Origin: the human T2T-CHM13v2.0 reference genome, Homo sapiens
Direction: 5' to 3' (one strand)
NCBI RefSeq assembly: GCF_009914755.1
Contig: NC_060925.1
DNA length: 64,000 nucleotides
A model generated the notes under the pieces. The model saw nothing but the letters and a program-made list of their open reading frames with translations, searched no databases and was not told where the DNA came from. Shown here in pieces: positions 57,501-64,000 of this stretch. Every line of letters starts with the position of its first letter. Position 1 is the stretch's first letter. The translations under genes were made by a program, and so were the position numbers.

Positions 57501-59820
57501 AGCAAAATGAATTCAACAACACATTAAAAAAATTATTCTCCATGATCAATTGAGATTCTTCCCAGGGATGTAAAGATGGTTCAGCATACACAAATCAGTG
57601 AATGTGATACATCACATTAACTGAACCAGGAACAAAAATCATATGATTATTTGATTAGTTATCAAAAAGCATTTTATAAAATTAAACATCCTTTTATGAT
57701 AAACATCCTCATCAAAATGAGTATAGAAGGAACATACCACAAAATAATAAAGGCCATATATGACAGACCTACAGCCGACATCAGGGAAAAATTGAAGGCT
57801 TTTCCACTAAGAAGTAGAACAAGACAAATATACCCACTTTGCCACTTTTATTTGACATACTTCTGGAAGTCTTGGCCAGAGCAACTAAGCAAGAGAAAGA
57901 AAGGTCATCCCAATTGGAAAGGAAGAAATCAGATTAACCTTGTTTGCAAATGTCATGATCTTATATCTAGAAAAATATAAGGGCGCTACCAAAAAAACTG
58001 ATAGAACTGATAAATGAATTCAGTAAAGTTGCAAGTTACAAAATCAACATACGAAAATCAGTAGCATTTATATACACCAAAAGCAAACAATCTGAAAAAG
58101 AAATCAAGAAAGGAATCTCATTTACAGTAGCTACATAAATATAAAATACCTAGAAATCAATCTAATCAAAGAAATGAAAGTTCTATACAAGAAAACTATG
58201 AAAATTTGATGAAAGTAATTGAAGAGGACACAATGAAATATATATTCCATGCTCATGGATCAGAAGAATTAATATTATTAAAATGACAATACTACCCAAA
58301 GCAATTTACATATTCAGTGCAGTCCCTAGCTAAATACCAATGACATCCTGCACAGAAATAGAAAAAACACTTCTAAAATTTGTATGGAACCACAAAAGAT
58401 TCTGAATAGCCAAAGCCCTCCTGAGCAAAAAGAACAAAGCTAGAGACATCACACTACCAGACTTTAAAATGTACTCCCAAACTATAGTAACCAAAACAGT
58501 ATGATACTGGCATAAAAACAGATCCATAGACCAATGGAACAGAAGAGAGAACCCCGGTATAAATTCACACATTTACAACCAACTGATCTTTGACAAAGTC
58601 ACCAAGAACATTCAGTGGGGAAAGGCAGGTCTTTTCAATACATGGTGTTAGGAAAGCTGGATAACTCTATGCAGAATAATAAAACTGGACCCCTATCTCT
58701 CACCATACACAAAAATGAAATCAAAATGGATTAAAGACCTGAATCTAAGAACTGAAACTATGAAACTACTAAAAGAAAATGTTGGGAAAATGATCCAGGT
58801 ATTTGGCAAAGATTTATTTTGTGTAAGACTTCAAAAGCACTGACAACCAAAGCAAAAAGAGATTATTGGATTACATCAAGCCATAAGCTTCCACACAGCA
58901 AAAGAAACAATCAACAGAGTGAATAGACAATCTACAGAAAGGGAGAACGTATTTGCAACCTAAGCATATGACAAGGGATTAATAACCAGAATATATAAGG
59001 AGCTCAAATAACTCAATAGCGAAAAAACAAAAGGATTAAAAATAGACAAAAGATATGAACAGACATTTCTCAAAAGAAGTCATACAAATGGCCAAAAGGC
59101 ATATGAAAACGTGTTTGACATTGCTAATAATCAAATAAATGCAAATCAAAACCATAGTGCAACATCATCTCACTTCAGTTAAAACGACTTGTATCAAAAA
59201 GACAGGCAATAACAGATGCTAGTGAGAATGTGGAGTAAGGAGAATCCTCATACACTGTTGGTGGGAATGTAAGTTAGTACAACTACTATGGAGAACAATA
59301 TGGAGGTTCCTCAAAAAACTAAAAATAGACCTGCTATGTGATCCAGCAATTCCACTACTGATTATATATCCAAAAGACAGGAAATTAGTATATCAAAGAG
59401 ATATCTGTACTTGCATGTTATTGCAGCACTATTCATAGTAGCCAAAATATGGAATCAACCTAAGTTCCCATCAATGGATAAATAAAGAAAATGTGGTATA
59501 TATACAAAATGGAATACTATTCAGCTGTAAAAAAGAACCCTGTCGTTTACGGCAATGTGAATGGAACTAGAGGCTATTATGCTAAGTGAAATAAGCCAAG
59601 CACAGAAAGACAGATATCACATGTTCTCACTCATATGTGGGAGCAAAAAAAGTGGCTCTCGTGCAAATAGAGTAGAATGGTAGTTACCAGAGGCCGGTAA
59701 GGGGAGGGGGATGAATGGAAAAAGAATAAATATATTTATTACCACTGAACTATACATGTAAAAATGTGAAAGATGGCAAATTATATATGTATATTTTACC
59801 TCATTAAAAAAGAGAAATAA
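54585..59820 (+). mobile_element. L1MA-class element with ORF1 and ORF2 remnants
   Basis: Endonuclease IIVGDFNTPLS, RT region, 3' UTR and A-rich tail; many stops. Confidence 0.9.
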
Positions 59821-60060
59821 CAATTTTAAAAATACAATACTTGACTGACAGTTATTTTCTTCTCAGCATTTTGAGGATATTAATTTATTGTCTTCTGGCT
59901 TCTGTTGTCTAATAAACCAGTTAAACAATACACTTTTAGTCTTTTTATTTTCACAGAGTAAGTAGAACCCTCAGATGCACTGGATTGTACTCTAATCCTT
60001 TTCCCCTATACCCAGTCATCATTGATCTTGGCATGGCCCTTTTAAAACGAATCAAAAAAC

Positions 60061-60373
<313 letters not shown>

Positions 60374-60467
60374 TCAAAAAACATGTTCAAATAATAAACA
60401 TCTGCAAGCCCACTATATAAGAGAAGACTTAGAATATTGAACAATAATTTTTATCTGTGAACCTCTT

Positions 60468-60570
60468 TGATATGGTTTGGCTCAGTGTCCCCACCTACAT
60501 CTCTTGCTGAATTGTAATTCCTAGTGTTGGAGGAGGGTCCTGGTGGGAGGTGACTGAATCATGGAGGTGG
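60468..60570 (+). mobile_element. MST LTR 5' fragment
   Basis: TGATATGGTTTGGCTCAGTGTCCCCACC. Confidence 0.7.
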
Positions 60571-60599
60571 ATGAATCATTTGTCACATATATGTTAAAT

Positions 60600-61110
60600 G
60601 TTATTTCACTTATCTATTGCTGTGTGACAAACCACCTTAAACTCTAGTAGCTTCAATCAACAACAATTTACTCTCTCTTGATTCTAGACTGAGCTGAGTA
60701 GTTTTGCTGCTCTATGTGGCATTGGGTCACTCATTCAGCTGGCTGCATTCATTTGATGGCTGAGCTGGGCTGAAGTGAAGAAAGCTTCACTTACATGTGT
60801 GGTGCTTTAGTGCTTTCCCACATACTATTCCATGTGGCTGATTTGGGTGGTCATGGTCATCTCAGGGTAGTCAGATTTCCCACATAGTGCTTAGCTTTAA
60901 AAGGGAAAGTGAAACCTGGCAGGTCTCTTTAAGGGCTGGGCCTGGAACTGGCTAATATTATTTTCACAGTATTCTGTTGGTCAAAGGAGTTCACTAAGAC
61001 CAGCCCAGATTTAAAAAGAGGAGAAATAGACCCCACTTTTTGATGAGTGGAGTAGCATCCATGTATATCAATCAATTAATGGTGGTTATCTTTGGATACT
61101 GTGTATTACA
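60600..61110 (-). mobile_element. Old MLT1 LTR
   Basis: TATTGCTGTGTGACAAACCACC..CAGCCCAGATT..AATAGACCCCAC. Confidence 0.6.
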
Positions 61111-61185
61111 TATTTTTTGTAAATATCTCACAGTATGCAGCTTGTCTTTTTATTTTCTTTAGAGTGAGGTTTAATAAATTCCTAA

Positions 61186-64000
<2,815 letters not shown>

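Overview
Primate (human-like) genomic DNA, mostly transposable elements, with no intact host coding exon. The main feature is an 8.1-kb two-LTR HERV-H-family provirus (6099-14227, + strand). It keeps degenerate gag, pro, pol and env, is primed by tRNA-Phe rather than tRNA-His (HERV-H/F type), and has a long open env stretch carrying the immunosuppressive domain. It is the innermost layer of a multi-level LTR nest. Also present: a collapsed two-LTR MER93-like provirus, a MER4-group provirus whose 5' LTR holds a complete MST MaLR, and many solo LTRs, Alus, MIR/L2 and DNA transposon relics. A CpG-island promoter with a non-coding first exon (donor at 50508) belongs to an unidentified + strand gene, whose first intron holds three L1s in alternating orientation. 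Repeat subfamily names come from recalled consensus sequences and need RepeatMasker/Dfam confirmation.
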